Under the pieces are notes generated by a model. The model worked only from the letters and a program-made list of their open reading frames with translations, made no database searches and was not told where the DNA came from. A stretch of 64,000 bases of DNA from Gemmatimonas sp. (GTDB lineage: Bacteria; Gemmatimonadota; Gemmatimonadetes; Gemmatimonadales; Gemmatimonadaceae). The position numbers and the translations under genes are program-made. This document shows, piece by piece, positions 1 through 8,635 of the stretch. The DNA is taken from NCBI GenBank assembly GCA_965279375.1, contig OZ257156.1, positions 2,240,001-2,304,000 on the forward strand. Direction: 5' to 3'. Each line of letters opens with the position of its first letter. Position 1 is the first letter of the stretch.

Positions 1-365
1 CGACCGAGGGCATCGCTGCTGTCTCCGTCGGAGTTCTTGGTGGACTTGGCGAGATCCTCGCGCACCTCGCGCCGTACCGAGTCGGAAAACGCCACGAGCA
101 CCGAATCGTTGCGAATACCCATGACCATGCCACCGCCGATGGTCGTGATGGAGACGGCGCCGCGGGAGAGGTCGGCAGGATCGGGTTGGTCGATAGGTCC
201 ACGCGACGCGCTGTCGGCAGCACCGGCCGAGTCGGTCGTCACACTGGCGGATACGCCGAACGAGCTGGACGTGGTCGAATCGGCGGGCGCAGCATCGTTG
301 TCAGACGTGCACGCCGAGGACGCGATGGCGACGAGCACAGCAGTCGGGAGCAGGAATGCACGCAT
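1..365 (-). CDS. Putative lipoprotein, 3' end runs off the window
   Basis: Manual minus-strand translation from ATG at 365: MRAFLLPTAVLVAIASSACTSDNDAAPADS..., with a lipobox-like ASSAC and an open frame to base 1. Absent from the ORF track. Confidence 0.7.
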   Translation of the reverse strand, partial: MRAFLLPTAVLVAIASSACTSDNDAAPADSTTSSSFGVSASVTTDSAGAADSASRGPIDQPDPADLSRGAVSITTIGGGMVMGIRNDSVLVAFSDSVRREVREDLAKSTKNSDGDSSDALG

Positions 366-543
366 GGAAGAATCCGTAAAGGAAATGCCGCGGGGAACCG
401 CTCAGCTTGGTCACGCGCGGTGCGGACGGGCTGACGAAGAGCGGCGGACGCGGTAAGTCTCGCGAACTCTTCGCGTCTCGGCCAGAGTGACGCTGTTGAG
501 ATGGGTTGGTGCGCAGTAGAATCGAGCGTCGCCATCTATCGGA

Positions 544-1524
544 GTGAATCGCGTGTCTTCGTTCAAGCCGCAGTCTGTCGATTGGCCCGCCGACCGTGCC
601 GTGTTGCTGGTCCACGGGATCGGTAATGCGAGCGCCGGTGCCGTTGCCTTCCCGTCGGGGGAGCTGGGCGAAGCGCTGGGAGCGGATGCCGCCAAGGTCG
701 CGGTGTACACGCTCAGCTACGACTTCATCAACGACTGGGTCGTGCGGAAGCAGCAAGTCGCCGCCGGCATCGCAGCGGCCGGCAAGGTGGTGTCCCGGGA
801 GTTCGACAATCCCGAGTTGGCCGATACGCTGGCGGAATATGTGGGTGACATCCTGTGGCCCGTGCTGCATCAGGACACGCGGCTGGCGATTCGCGATGCG
901 TACATGGCACAGCTGCAGCAGATCGTGCTCGACTGCGGCGAGGCGGCGTTGGCGCGAGGACACGACCCGCTCGACTATCGCGTGAGCATCGTGGCGCACA
1001 GCCTGGGCTGCTACCACACGTATGAAGCGTTGCATGCGGCCGTACGTGAGCCGGAGTATCGATTGCAGCCGGGTACGGACCTCACGCAGCTCGAGAGCGT
1101 GACGTTGATGGCATCGCCGGTGCAGCTCATTCGAACTGTCGCCGGTGCGATTCGCGCGTTCGTGCCTGCGCCGGAGCAGTTGGCCACGCTCGATCCAGCC
1201 GGACTCTCGCTGCCGGCGCAGCCGGTGGGGCGCAAGAACGTGCCGGCCACGCGACGGTTTCTGTCCGTCACAGGCAATCAGGATCCGGTTGGTGGCCACT
1301 TGCTCGGCAAGAAGAACGGATGGGCGTTCATGGACATCGCGGGCCAGGAAACGACGATCGTTCCGCAGTCGCTCGTGGGCGGCAACAGCGCGCAGGCTCT
1401 CAAGGCTGCGTTGCAGTCGGGCGGCGGTGCGGGCGCGGCCGTTGGCGCCACCGTACAGGACCCGCATTCATGGAGTGCCTATATGACGCGTGAAGCCGCG
1501 CTGTTGTCGGAGCTGCTCGCATGA
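544..1524 (+). CDS. Alpha/beta-hydrolase fold protein (lipase/esterase-like)
   Basis: VLLVHGIG oxyanion strand, VAHSLG nucleophile elbow, NQDPV acid residue, C-terminal DPHSW His. Confidence 0.7.
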   Translation: MNRVSSFKPQSVDWPADRAVLLVHGIGNASAGAVAFPSGELGEALGADAAKVAVYTLSYDFINDWVVRKQQVAAGIAAAGKVVSREFDNPELADTLAEYVGDILWPVLHQDTRLAIRDAYMAQLQQIVLDCGEAALARGHDPLDYRVSIVAHSLGCYHTYEALHAAVREPEYRLQPGTDLTQLESVTLMASPVQLIRTVAGAIRAFVPAPEQLATLDPAGLSLPAQPVGRKNVPATRRFLSVTGNQDPVGGHLLGKKNGWAFMDIAGQETTIVPQSLVGGNSAQALKAALQSGGGAGAAVGATVQDPHSWSAYMTREAALLSELLA

Positions 1525-2483
1525 ACGCGCATCGTGTTGGCCTTCTGGCCTGCGGTCTTGCCTTTGCATGCTCCGCACTCCCCGCGCAACAGAGCGCCGA
1601 CGCGCTGCTGTTGGCGCGCGCCGATTCCATCACCGTCGGCGACTACTGCACCGCACTGCGCAGCGTCATGAGCAAGGACGCCGTGCTCCGTGCGATCGCC
1701 GACGAACGCTCCCTGGTCGAAGTGCACGTGGAACGCATCTGCGATCCGCGCGTGCGCGCGATGTCGCTGCGTTCGCTCTCGGCGTCGGGGCCCGCGTCGT
1801 TCGTGGCGGTCGCGCGTCAGCGACAGGATGCGTATCGGCAGCTTTCGGCGGCGCCGCTGGATACGTCGATGCAGATCGTGCGCAGCCGTCTGCGCGGCGG
1901 CGATCTGCGTCCCATCGTGCGCGATGCGCTCGGCGACTCGGCGGCGCAGGCCTTCGTGCGAATCACGGAAACGGCGCAGGGACTGTTCGTGCGCGAGGCG
2001 CGCGATCGTGCGTTGATGAGACTCGACCGATACGAGCGCAAGCTGGGGCCCCAGTCGCCCAAGCTGAACGCTGTCGAAGTGGTGCTCAACTACAGTGCGC
2101 AGCGGTGGGTGCCAGGCTTTGCACCCTCGGTGACACGCGGGCCGTCACCACTCGAACTGATTGCGTCGTATGTGCCCACGTACGCCACCGTCGCCGACAA
2201 GAAGGCGGCGGCCGTGTCGGCCACCGAGTTCGGTGTGCGCGGCTATTTGTTTGGTGATAACTGGGGCAAGACCGGCAAAGCCGGGCTGCTCAAGCCCGCG
2301 TACTGGTCGCTTGGTGCTCTGGTCGCGAGCGATCGCAGCGCAGCGTTAGCGTGGCCGTGGGACGGGCGCACGCGGACGGGAGTATTTGCGGGGTGGGGTG
2401 AACTCAAGGTGGGCTACGTGCCCGGTCGCAAGGGGTCCGTCATCGTCACGAGGCAGTTGCAGGTCATTCCGTTCGTGTTCTGA
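1521..2483 (+). CDS. Exported hypothetical protein, possibly lipoprotein or outer-membrane protein
   Basis: Signal peptide with LAFAC, ATGA overlap with the upstream gene, beta-rich C-terminus ending in Phe. Confidence 0.65.
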   Translation: MNAHRVGLLACGLAFACSALPAQQSADALLLARADSITVGDYCTALRSVMSKDAVLRAIADERSLVEVHVERICDPRVRAMSLRSLSASGPASFVAVARQRQDAYRQLSAAPLDTSMQIVRSRLRGGDLRPIVRDALGDSAAQAFVRITETAQGLFVREARDRALMRLDRYERKLGPQSPKLNAVEVVLNYSAQRWVPGFAPSVTRGPSPLELIASYVPTYATVADKKAAAVSATEFGVRGYLFGDNWGKTGKAGLLKPAYWSLGALVASDRSAALAWPWDGRTRTGVFAGWGELKVGYVPGRKGSVIVTRQLQVIPFVF

Positions 2484-3027
2484 TCGAGCGCTCGGCGAGC
2501 AGCGCATCGATCACGTTGGTCGCGCGTGACTGCCGTTCGGCCCACGTGCCACGAATCAGTGTCACTGGTGCGTTGAACCGCGCGAGCGTATCGCGGAAGA
2601 GTTGCTGCACTTCCTCGCGCCGGTCGCCGCGGTCACGCACGTCGTCTGGCACCCACGGCACGTCGATGTCGAGGAGCAGATAGTGCGTGGGCTGTCGTGC
2701 GATCGCTGCCTCTTCGATGAACGCCGGACAGCGTCCGAAGTAGTGATGGCAGTAGACCACCGTGCTGACCAGATCGGTGTCCTGAATCAGCAGACGGTCA
2801 GTGCGCGCAATGAACTCGTCTTCGCTGGCCATCTGCCCAAAGGCGATCGGGCCATGATCGCGAAAGTCGAGCGGGGCGCCCTTGTTGGCGGCGTAGGTGC
2901 GCACGAACTCCGGCACCACCGGCGCGGCGTAGTGCGCGCCGAGTTGCGCGGCGAGTGTGGTCTTTCCAACGGATTCCGAACCCGTCAGGACGATGCGGAC
3001 GAGGTGCGGTTGAACGATCGCTTCCAT
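2464..3027 (-). CDS. NadR-type P-loop kinase/ATPase (ribosylnicotinamide-kinase-like, AAA_28)
   Basis: RIVLTGSESVGKTT Walker A, VPEFVRTY, IQDTD, DVPWVPDDVRD. Start placed at ATG 3027 (MEAIVQPH), inside the longer track ORF. Confidence 0.85.
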   Translation of the reverse strand: MEAIVQPHLVRIVLTGSESVGKTTLAAQLGAHYAAPVVPEFVRTYAANKGAPLDFRDHGPIAFGQMASEDEFIARTDRLLIQDTDLVSTVVYCHHYFGRCPAFIEEAAIARQPTHYLLLDIDVPWVPDDVRDRGDRREEVQQLFRDTLARFNAPVTLIRGTWAERQSRATNVIDALLAERSIRTRTE

Positions 3028-3608
3028 TCGAAGTGGCCGAAGATGGCGAGCAGCAGAAAGACCGCGTAGAGCAGCGCCGTCAGGCGCAGGCCACGCACGA
3101 GAAAGACGCCAACGTACGCAACATCGAGCACAATCCACAGCGTCCAATTCTCGAGCAGCTTGCGCGTCATCATCCATTGCGCGATCAGACTGCCCACGGC
3201 GAGTGCCGCGTCGAGCAGCGGAAGCTTCGAGCCGGGAATGCGCGAGGTGATCGAGAAGACGGCGAGCCAGAGCAGCAGCGCAACAGCGGCGAGTATAGTG
3301 GCGAGACGTGCACTCGTCCGCGTGACCAGGAGTGTCGACTCCTGTGGTGCGCCGCGGAGCCAGTGCCACCAGCCGTACAGTGAGAGCACGAAGTAGAACA
3401 GCTGCAACCCGGTGTCCGAGTACAGACCGGCGCGCGAAAAGACCACCATGTAGAAGACGGCGTTGGCGACGCCGAGTGGCCAGCTCCAGATGTTCTCGCG
3501 CGTGACCAAGTACACGTTGAGCACGCCCGTGATGAAACCGAGCAGCTCGGTGCCCGAGCTTCCGTGTGCGACGAGCCATGCAGAGATCCCAGCGACCAGA
3601 GCAGTCAT
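2985..3608 (-). CDS. pnuC: PnuC/Pnu-family vitamin transporter
   Basis: Multi-TM protein with ENIWSWPLG, LSLYGWWHW, IAQWMMTRKLLENWTLWIVLD motifs. Confidence 0.9.
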   Translation of the reverse strand: MTALVAGISAWLVAHGSSGTELLGFITGVLNVYLVTRENIWSWPLGVANAVFYMVVFSRAGLYSDTGLQLFYFVLSLYGWWHWLRGAPQESTLLVTRTSARLATILAAVALLLWLAVFSITSRIPGSKLPLLDAALAVGSLIAQWMMTRKLLENWTLWIVLDVAYVGVFLVRGLRLTALLYAVFLLLAIFGHFEWKRSFNRTSSASS

Positions 3609-3670
3609 GCGCGGAAAGCTACACAGCACGCTACACATCGCGCGTACCGCTGATTATGCTTTGGACACAT

Positions 3671-3753
3671 GACCGGGGTGCCGGCGCCGCTAGTGAGCGT
3701 CGGCTGAGAGAGTCCCGTAGAACCTGATCCGGTTCGTACCGGCGTAGGGAGTC
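3671..3753 (+). ncRNA. TPP (thiamine pyrophosphate) riboswitch
   Basis: GACCGGGGTGCC...GGCTGAGAGAGTCCCGTAGAACCTGATCCGGTTCGTACCGGCGTAGGGAGTC contains the THI-box hallmarks GGGG, CTGAGA, CCC, ACCTGAT, the P5 hairpin and GCGTAGGGA. Confidence 0.93.
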
Positions 3754-3758
3754 CAACG

Positions 3759-5885
3759 ATGTCCAGCCTATCTCGGGCGCGCACTGCGGTGCGTGGGCCC
3801 GTCCGTCTGTCGGTGCATCTGCGCGTGAGCGCATCGTTGTGTGTCGCTCTGCAGTCCGTGTCCTTCCGGACCCTCCCCGCTCAAACGCCCGACACCACGT
3901 CGCGCGCCGCCGCCAGCGATAGCGCGCGTCGCATCGAGCGCGTGCTCGTGCGGGCCATTCGTGCGTCGGACAAGGCACCCATCTCGCAGAAGACCATTGA
4001 ACGCGGTGTCATCACGCAGCGCAATTTCGGGCAGGACGTGCCGCTGTTGCTGCAGGGGGCATCGCCGTCCATCACGGCACACACCGAGACTGGTACCACC
4101 TCGGGGTACAGCTATCTCCGGCTACGCGGGCTCGATCAAACCCGCATCAACATTACCATCGACGGCGTACCGCTCAACGACATGGAGGACCAGGTCCTCT
4201 ACTTCGCCAACTTCGCCGATCTGATGGCGAACGTGCAGTCTGTGCAGGTGCAGCGCGGTGTGGGCACCAGTACCGCCGGTACCGCGTCATTCGCGGGCTC
4301 GATCAACTTTGAGACGACGCCCGTTGCACGTCGCGAGGCCGGCGGCGACGTACAGCTGCAGCTTGGCTCCTTCGACGCGCGTCGCTTGAGTGCGTCGTTT
4401 CATTCGGGGATGCTGGGGACTCGCTTCGCCGCGTACGGGCGCGTGAGTGCACAGCAGACCGACGGCTATCGCGACCACAGTGGCGTGGAGGGGCGGTCCG
4501 CATTTCTCGGTGCGGGCTGGTTCGGTTCGCGCGACATCGTCAAACTGACGACGCTTGTCGGCCTGCTCGCGGATACGCTGTCGTACACGGGGGCAACGGC
4601 GGCTGAGCTGGCCCGCAACCGTCGGTACAATCCGTTGGCGCCCGATGAACTCGACCGATTTGGCCAGCAGATGGTTGCGCTGTCGTACTCACGAGTCGTG
4701 AATGGCGCGACGTCGCTCAACACCACCGTCTATCGCAACTCGGCCAGCGGCAAGTACGACTACTTCGATGGTGGGGATCGCTACCAGTTCGGACTCGCGC
4801 ACAGCTGGTATGGCGTCACCAGCGCAGTGAACGTGGACCGCGGCGCGTTGCAGCTCAACGCCGGTGTCAACGCGAATCGCTACGAGCGTGCACATCGCGC
4901 GTGGTTACGCCCGGACCTCGCGACCACGCTGTACGACAACACCGGCCACAAGGGTGATGCAAGCGGCTTCGTGAAGGGATCGTACGAGGTCGGTATGGTG
5001 CGCTGGTTCGCCGATGTGCAGGCGCGGCACGCGACCTTTCGCTACGAACCCGACGCGCGCGCCGGCATCAGCGGACGCTCTATCGACTGGACGTTCCTCA
5101 ACCCGAAGGCTGGCGTCACCGTGCAAATGGCGGACGGACTCTCGATGTTCGCGTCGTACGGCAAGACAACGCGCGAGCCTGCACGCAGCGATCTCTTCGC
5201 CGGCGACGACGATCTCAACGCTGGCAATGTGGCCGACTACGGCGACTTCACGCGCGTGAAGCCGGAGTCGGTGCGTGACGCCGAGCTCGGTCTGACGCTC
5301 ACGCGCGGCGCAGGCGAGCTGTCGGCGAACGTCTACAGCATGGATTTCACCAACGACATCGCGCGCATCGGAGCTCCCACCGCATCGGGCTCGGTGCTGC
5401 GGCGCAATGTGGGCTCCAGCTATCGGCGTGGCGTCGAAGTGGACGGCACGTGGCGCGCGACCTCACGCGTCACGCTCGGCGCGAACGTCACCGTGAGCAG
5501 CAATCGCATCAAGCAGTTCACCGATTCGTCGCGCGCCACGCCGGTAGTGCGTCGCAACGTGGAGCCGTTGCTGACGCCTCGCCTGCTCTCGGCGCAGCGC
5601 ATCGAAGTCAGCGCATCGAAGCGCGTCACGCTCTATGCAGAAGGGCGATATCAGTCGCGTGCTTTTCTCGACAACACCAGCAGCCCTGACCGCGTCTTGC
5701 CGGAGTTCTTCGTACTGGACGCGGCCGTGCGTGTAAGCGAGGGTCGGTACTCGCTGATAGTGCGTGGCGGCAATGTCGGTGATCGTCAGGGCTACGGCAG
5801 TGGTTCCGTGTCGAGCTCCGGACGGGTGCGCTATTTCGTGCTCCCCGCCCGGAGTGTCAACGTGACGTCGTCCGTCTCGTTCTAG
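3759..5885 (+). CDS. TonB-dependent receptor, probably for thiamine
   Basis: Signal peptide, plug motifs (LRLRGLDQTRINITIDGVPLND, VQVQRGVG), FLNPKAG, C-terminal Phe. Directly downstream of the TPP riboswitch. Confidence 0.9.
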   Translation: MSSLSRARTAVRGPVRLSVHLRVSASLCVALQSVSFRTLPAQTPDTTSRAAASDSARRIERVLVRAIRASDKAPISQKTIERGVITQRNFGQDVPLLLQGASPSITAHTETGTTSGYSYLRLRGLDQTRINITIDGVPLNDMEDQVLYFANFADLMANVQSVQVQRGVGTSTAGTASFAGSINFETTPVARREAGGDVQLQLGSFDARRLSASFHSGMLGTRFAAYGRVSAQQTDGYRDHSGVEGRSAFLGAGWFGSRDIVKLTTLVGLLADTLSYTGATAAELARNRRYNPLAPDELDRFGQQMVALSYSRVVNGATSLNTTVYRNSASGKYDYFDGGDRYQFGLAHSWYGVTSAVNVDRGALQLNAGVNANRYERAHRAWLRPDLATTLYDNTGHKGDASGFVKGSYEVGMVRWFADVQARHATFRYEPDARAGISGRSIDWTFLNPKAGVTVQMADGLSMFASYGKTTREPARSDLFAGDDDLNAGNVADYGDFTRVKPESVRDAELGLTLTRGAGELSANVYSMDFTNDIARIGAPTASGSVLRRNVGSSYRRGVEVDGTWRATSRVTLGANVTVSSNRIKQFTDSSRATPVVRRNVEPLLTPRLLSAQRIEVSASKRVTLYAEGRYQSRAFLDNTSSPDRVLPEFFVLDAAVRVSEGRYSLIVRGGNVGDRQGYGSGSVSSSGRVRYFVLPARSVNVTSSVSF

Positions 5886-5920
5886 GGTCGTGATGTAGCT
5901 GTCGCCTGCAATCGCGCAGC

Positions 5921-6730
5921 TCAGCGACGCGACACTTCCATCCGCCCCGTGAGATTGCGCCGCGCTTCGTCGAGCGCGGCGCGCAACGCCAACGCCTTCT
6001 CGCGCGATGAGCCGTTGCGCGTGGCATCCCGCAGTGCGTTGCGCAACGTGCGCTGTGCGTCGTCGTTCACCGCGCCGCCGGCCAGCAGTGCGGTTGCTGC
6101 GACTTCGTAGATCGCCACGGTGGAAGCGGCCTGCCCGTCGTTGTAGAGCGGCGCGCCACGGTCGATGGCGAGATCGATCAGATCAGCTGCGCTGCCGCCG
6201 TTGCCGTTGTTTGACCCACCATTGGCGCGGTTCTCCGTCGGAATGAGCACGCGATCGATGACGTGAATGATACCGTTGCTTGCCGGAATGTCGGCGATGC
6301 GCACCGTTGCGTCATTGATGCGCAGGAAATCACCGTCCTGTGCGATTCGCACAACGGGGCCGGCCACCGTCGCGGCCGAGCGGGCTTCACGCGCCTGCGC
6401 CGCCGTGACACGTCCTGCCACCACGTGATACGTCAGGATGGTGCGCAGCTTCTCGCGATTCTGCGGCTTGAGCAGCTCTTCCACCGTACCGCCGGGCAAG
6501 CGCTTGAACGCTTCGTCAGTCGGCGCGAAGAGCGTGAACGGACCGCGACCGAGGAGCGTTTCCGTCAGACCGGCCGCGTCGACTGCGGCGAGCAGCGTAG
6601 TGAAGGATCCAGCAGTCTTGGCGACCTGTGGAATGGTCGGCGTGGTGCGACCGCCATGTTGCGCGGAGGCCTGAGCAGGGAGTGCGAACATCGAGGTGGC
6701 GACCAGCGCGAGAGCAAAAATGGGACGCAT
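5921..6730 (-). CDS. Secreted fasciclin (FAS1) domain protein with extra C-terminal helical domain
   Basis: Signal peptide, GPFTLFAPTDEAF (H1), ILTYHVV, NGIIHVIDRVL (H2). Confidence 0.92.
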   Translation of the reverse strand: MRPIFALALVATSMFALPAQASAQHGGRTTPTIPQVAKTAGSFTTLLAAVDAAGLTETLLGRGPFTLFAPTDEAFKRLPGGTVEELLKPQNREKLRTILTYHVVAGRVTAAQAREARSAATVAGPVVRIAQDGDFLRINDATVRIADIPASNGIIHVIDRVLIPTENRANGGSNNGNGGSAADLIDLAIDRGAPLYNDGQAASTVAIYEVAATALLAGGAVNDDAQRTLRNALRDATRNGSSREKALALRAALDEARRNLTGRMEVSRR

Positions 6731-6781
6731 GCAAACCTTCCGAGCGATTGGGTGATCGAAACGAGCGAGGATGTCCTGCTG

Positions 6782-6807
6782 TTCGCCCGGATCGCTGTGC
6801 CGGATGC
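6782..6807 (-). promoter_or_regulatory. SigK-type ECF promoter for the fasciclin gene
   Basis: Minus strand reads GCATCC-GGCACAGCGATCCGG(15 nt)-GCGAA, about 50 nt upstream of ATG 6730. Confidence 0.75.
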
Positions 6808-6832
6808 GCCATGGTCGACATCAATTATGAGT

Positions 6833-6858
6833 GCATCCAAGTTGCGCTTGGGTGCGAA
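6833..6858 (+). promoter_or_regulatory. SigK-type ECF autoregulatory promoter
   Basis: Plus strand reads GCATCC-AAGTTGCGCTTGGGT(15 nt)-GCGAA, with boxes identical to the divergent site. Confidence 0.75.
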
Positions 6859-6913
6859 TGCCCTGCTGCCAGGAGTTGTTGTGGAACCCGATCGGAGTCT
6901 TGATGGAGCAGGC

Positions 6914-7543
6914 ATGGGCAGCGCTGCACGGCAGCATCTCTCACTCGTAAACGTGGTTGGCATCGACGCTGTCGCGTTGCCGCCGCTGTTGCCTCGCATC
7001 GCGACTGGCGATGAACGAGCGGTACGCGAGTGCGTCCAACGGTATGGCGCGCTCGTCTGGTCGCTGGCGCGTCGTTGGTCGGCGGACACGCTCGATGCGG
7101 AAGATGCGGTGCAGGAGGTCTTCATTGATCTCTGGCGCACCGCGGTACGTTTCGACGCTACCCGCGCCAGCGAAGCCGGCTGGGTGGCGATGATCGCGCG
7201 GCGACGCTTGATCGATCGCGCACGGCGGCGTCAGCGTACGCCAGAGCTGGAAGCGTTCCCCTCAGGTTTCGACGTTGCTGATGAGGCAGCGGAATCGCCC
7301 GAGGAAGAAATCGATCGCGAGTCGCGCGCGGAGCGTGCACGCGCCGTGCTCCGTTCTCTGCCACCGGCACAGCGTCAGCTGCTGGAGCTGTCGCTGCTGG
7401 ACGGAAAGACCCACGACGAGATTGCGCGCGAGACCTCGCTGCCGCTTGGCACAGTGAAATCGCATATTCGCCGCGGATTGCTCCGCGCGCGCGCGCTGCT
7501 GACGGCAAGCGTTGACACAGGACATACGGAGGGCTCGCGATGA
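6914..7543 (+). CDS. ECF sigma-70 factor (SigK-like)
   Basis: DAEDAVQEVFIDLW (region 2), THDEIARETSLPLGTVKSHIRRGL (region 4). ATG 6914 has a GGAG RBS. Start uncertain. Confidence 0.9.
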   Translation: MGSAARQHLSLVNVVGIDAVALPPLLPRIATGDERAVRECVQRYGALVWSLARRWSADTLDAEDAVQEVFIDLWRTAVRFDATRASEAGWVAMIARRRLIDRARRRQRTPELEAFPSGFDVADEAAESPEEEIDRESRAERARAVLRSLPPAQRQLLELSLLDGKTHDEIARETSLPLGTVKSHIRRGLLRARALLTASVDTGHTEGSR

Positions 7544-8394
7544 GCGATGACGTACACGACAAGCTGCGCGACGGTGTGCACGACGCGAGCCGAGAGGCCG
7601 CGTCTGGCGCGTCGCACGAGCAGCTGCCAGCGATGGATAATGAGGAGTGGGAGCGCGTCGTCGCGGAGCTCACGGCGGCGATGCACGGCGAGCAGCAGGG
7701 CGAGTCGATGCCAGCTGCGCTGACGGAACGGATCGTGGGGGCCGGAGAGCTGATCGTGCGTGAGCAGTCTGCGGCGCGTACAGTGCCAGTCGCGCCCTTG
7801 CCGGCGCGTCAGCGCGAGACGTCGGTGACGCCGCTGCGCGTGGTGTGGCAGTGGTCGGGGTGGTTGGCGGCCGCTGCGGTCGCGGTGTGGGTTGTTGGTT
7901 CGAGGGGCACCTCGTCTGCCGGCCGCCCTTCGACGGGCACGCCCGCGACGGCATCGTCATCGGCGGTGCGGCCATCCGCCAACAGCACTTCGGCAGGGAT
8001 GCGGCTGCGACAGACGCTGCTCGCGTCTGAGGCCGATGTCGCGCAGCTCGCGTGGACTGCGACCAAGGACTCGTCAGCCCTTGGAGCCGGCGGCGACGTG
8101 GTCTGGAGCGCACGCGCGCAGTCGGGGGTGATGCGCATCGCCGGTCTCCGCCCCAACGACCGCAAGCGCTGGCAGTATCAGCTCTGGATCTTCGACAAGC
8201 GTCGAGACCAGCGCTATCCGGTGGACGGGGGCGTCTTCGACATCCCGGCCGGCGGCGGCGAAGTCTTCGTGCCGATCAACGCGCGCGTGCCCGTGGGCGA
8301 GGCGGTGCTCTTCGCCATCACCGTGGAGCCGGCGGGCGGTGTGGTGGTGTCCACGCGCGAGCGGATCGCGTTGCTGGCCAAGGCGGGCGGCTAG
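7540..8394 (+). CDS. Anti-sigma factor, RskA (anti-sigma-K) family
   Basis: ATGA overlap with the sigma gene, single TM, QYQLW...GGVF...FAITVEPAGG C-terminal domain. Confidence 0.88.
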   Translation: MSDDVHDKLRDGVHDASREAASGASHEQLPAMDNEEWERVVAELTAAMHGEQQGESMPAALTERIVGAGELIVREQSAARTVPVAPLPARQRETSVTPLRVVWQWSGWLAAAAVAVWVVGSRGTSSAGRPSTGTPATASSSAVRPSANSTSAGMRLRQTLLASEADVAQLAWTATKDSSALGAGGDVVWSARAQSGVMRIAGLRPNDRKRWQYQLWIFDKRRDQRYPVDGGVFDIPAGGGEVFVPINARVPVGEAVLFAITVEPAGGVVVSTRERIALLAKAGG

Positions 8395-8399
8395 GCCAA

Positions 8400-8426
8400 C
8401 GCGTAGGCGGGCAACACGCCGCTCGC

Positions 8427-8433
<7 letters not shown>
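8400..8433. terminator. Hairpin between convergent genes
   Basis: CGCGTAGGCGGGC-8 nt loop-GCTCGCCTACGCG. Confidence 0.55.
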
Positions 8434-8597
<164 letters not shown>

Positions 8598-8635
8598 GGG
8601 TCGCCAAGCGTGTGATCGGGTGCGAGTGTTCCCGG

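Noticed and set aside
496..522. TTGAGA-N15-TAGAAT promoter upstream of the hydrolase
   Set aside because: The 15-nt spacer is short for sigma-70. The -10 may be real but the pair is not supportable.
301..1467. 388-aa minus-strand ORF and similar long antisense ORFs (9908-11455, 11489-12754, 25682-27076, 40224-41528, 44428-45780, 48719-50209)
   Set aside because: Shadow frames of real genes on the opposite strand, typical of high-GC DNA. They are Arg/His-rich and have no recognisable motifs.
6263..6913. Long N-terminal extensions in track ORFs (sigma 6263, kinase 8339, NadR-like 3579, lipoprotein 24632, DsrE-like 33958, cydA 50062)
   Set aside because: The extensions overlap neighbouring real genes or promoters, so these are not fusions. 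Downstream starts fit the domain boundaries.
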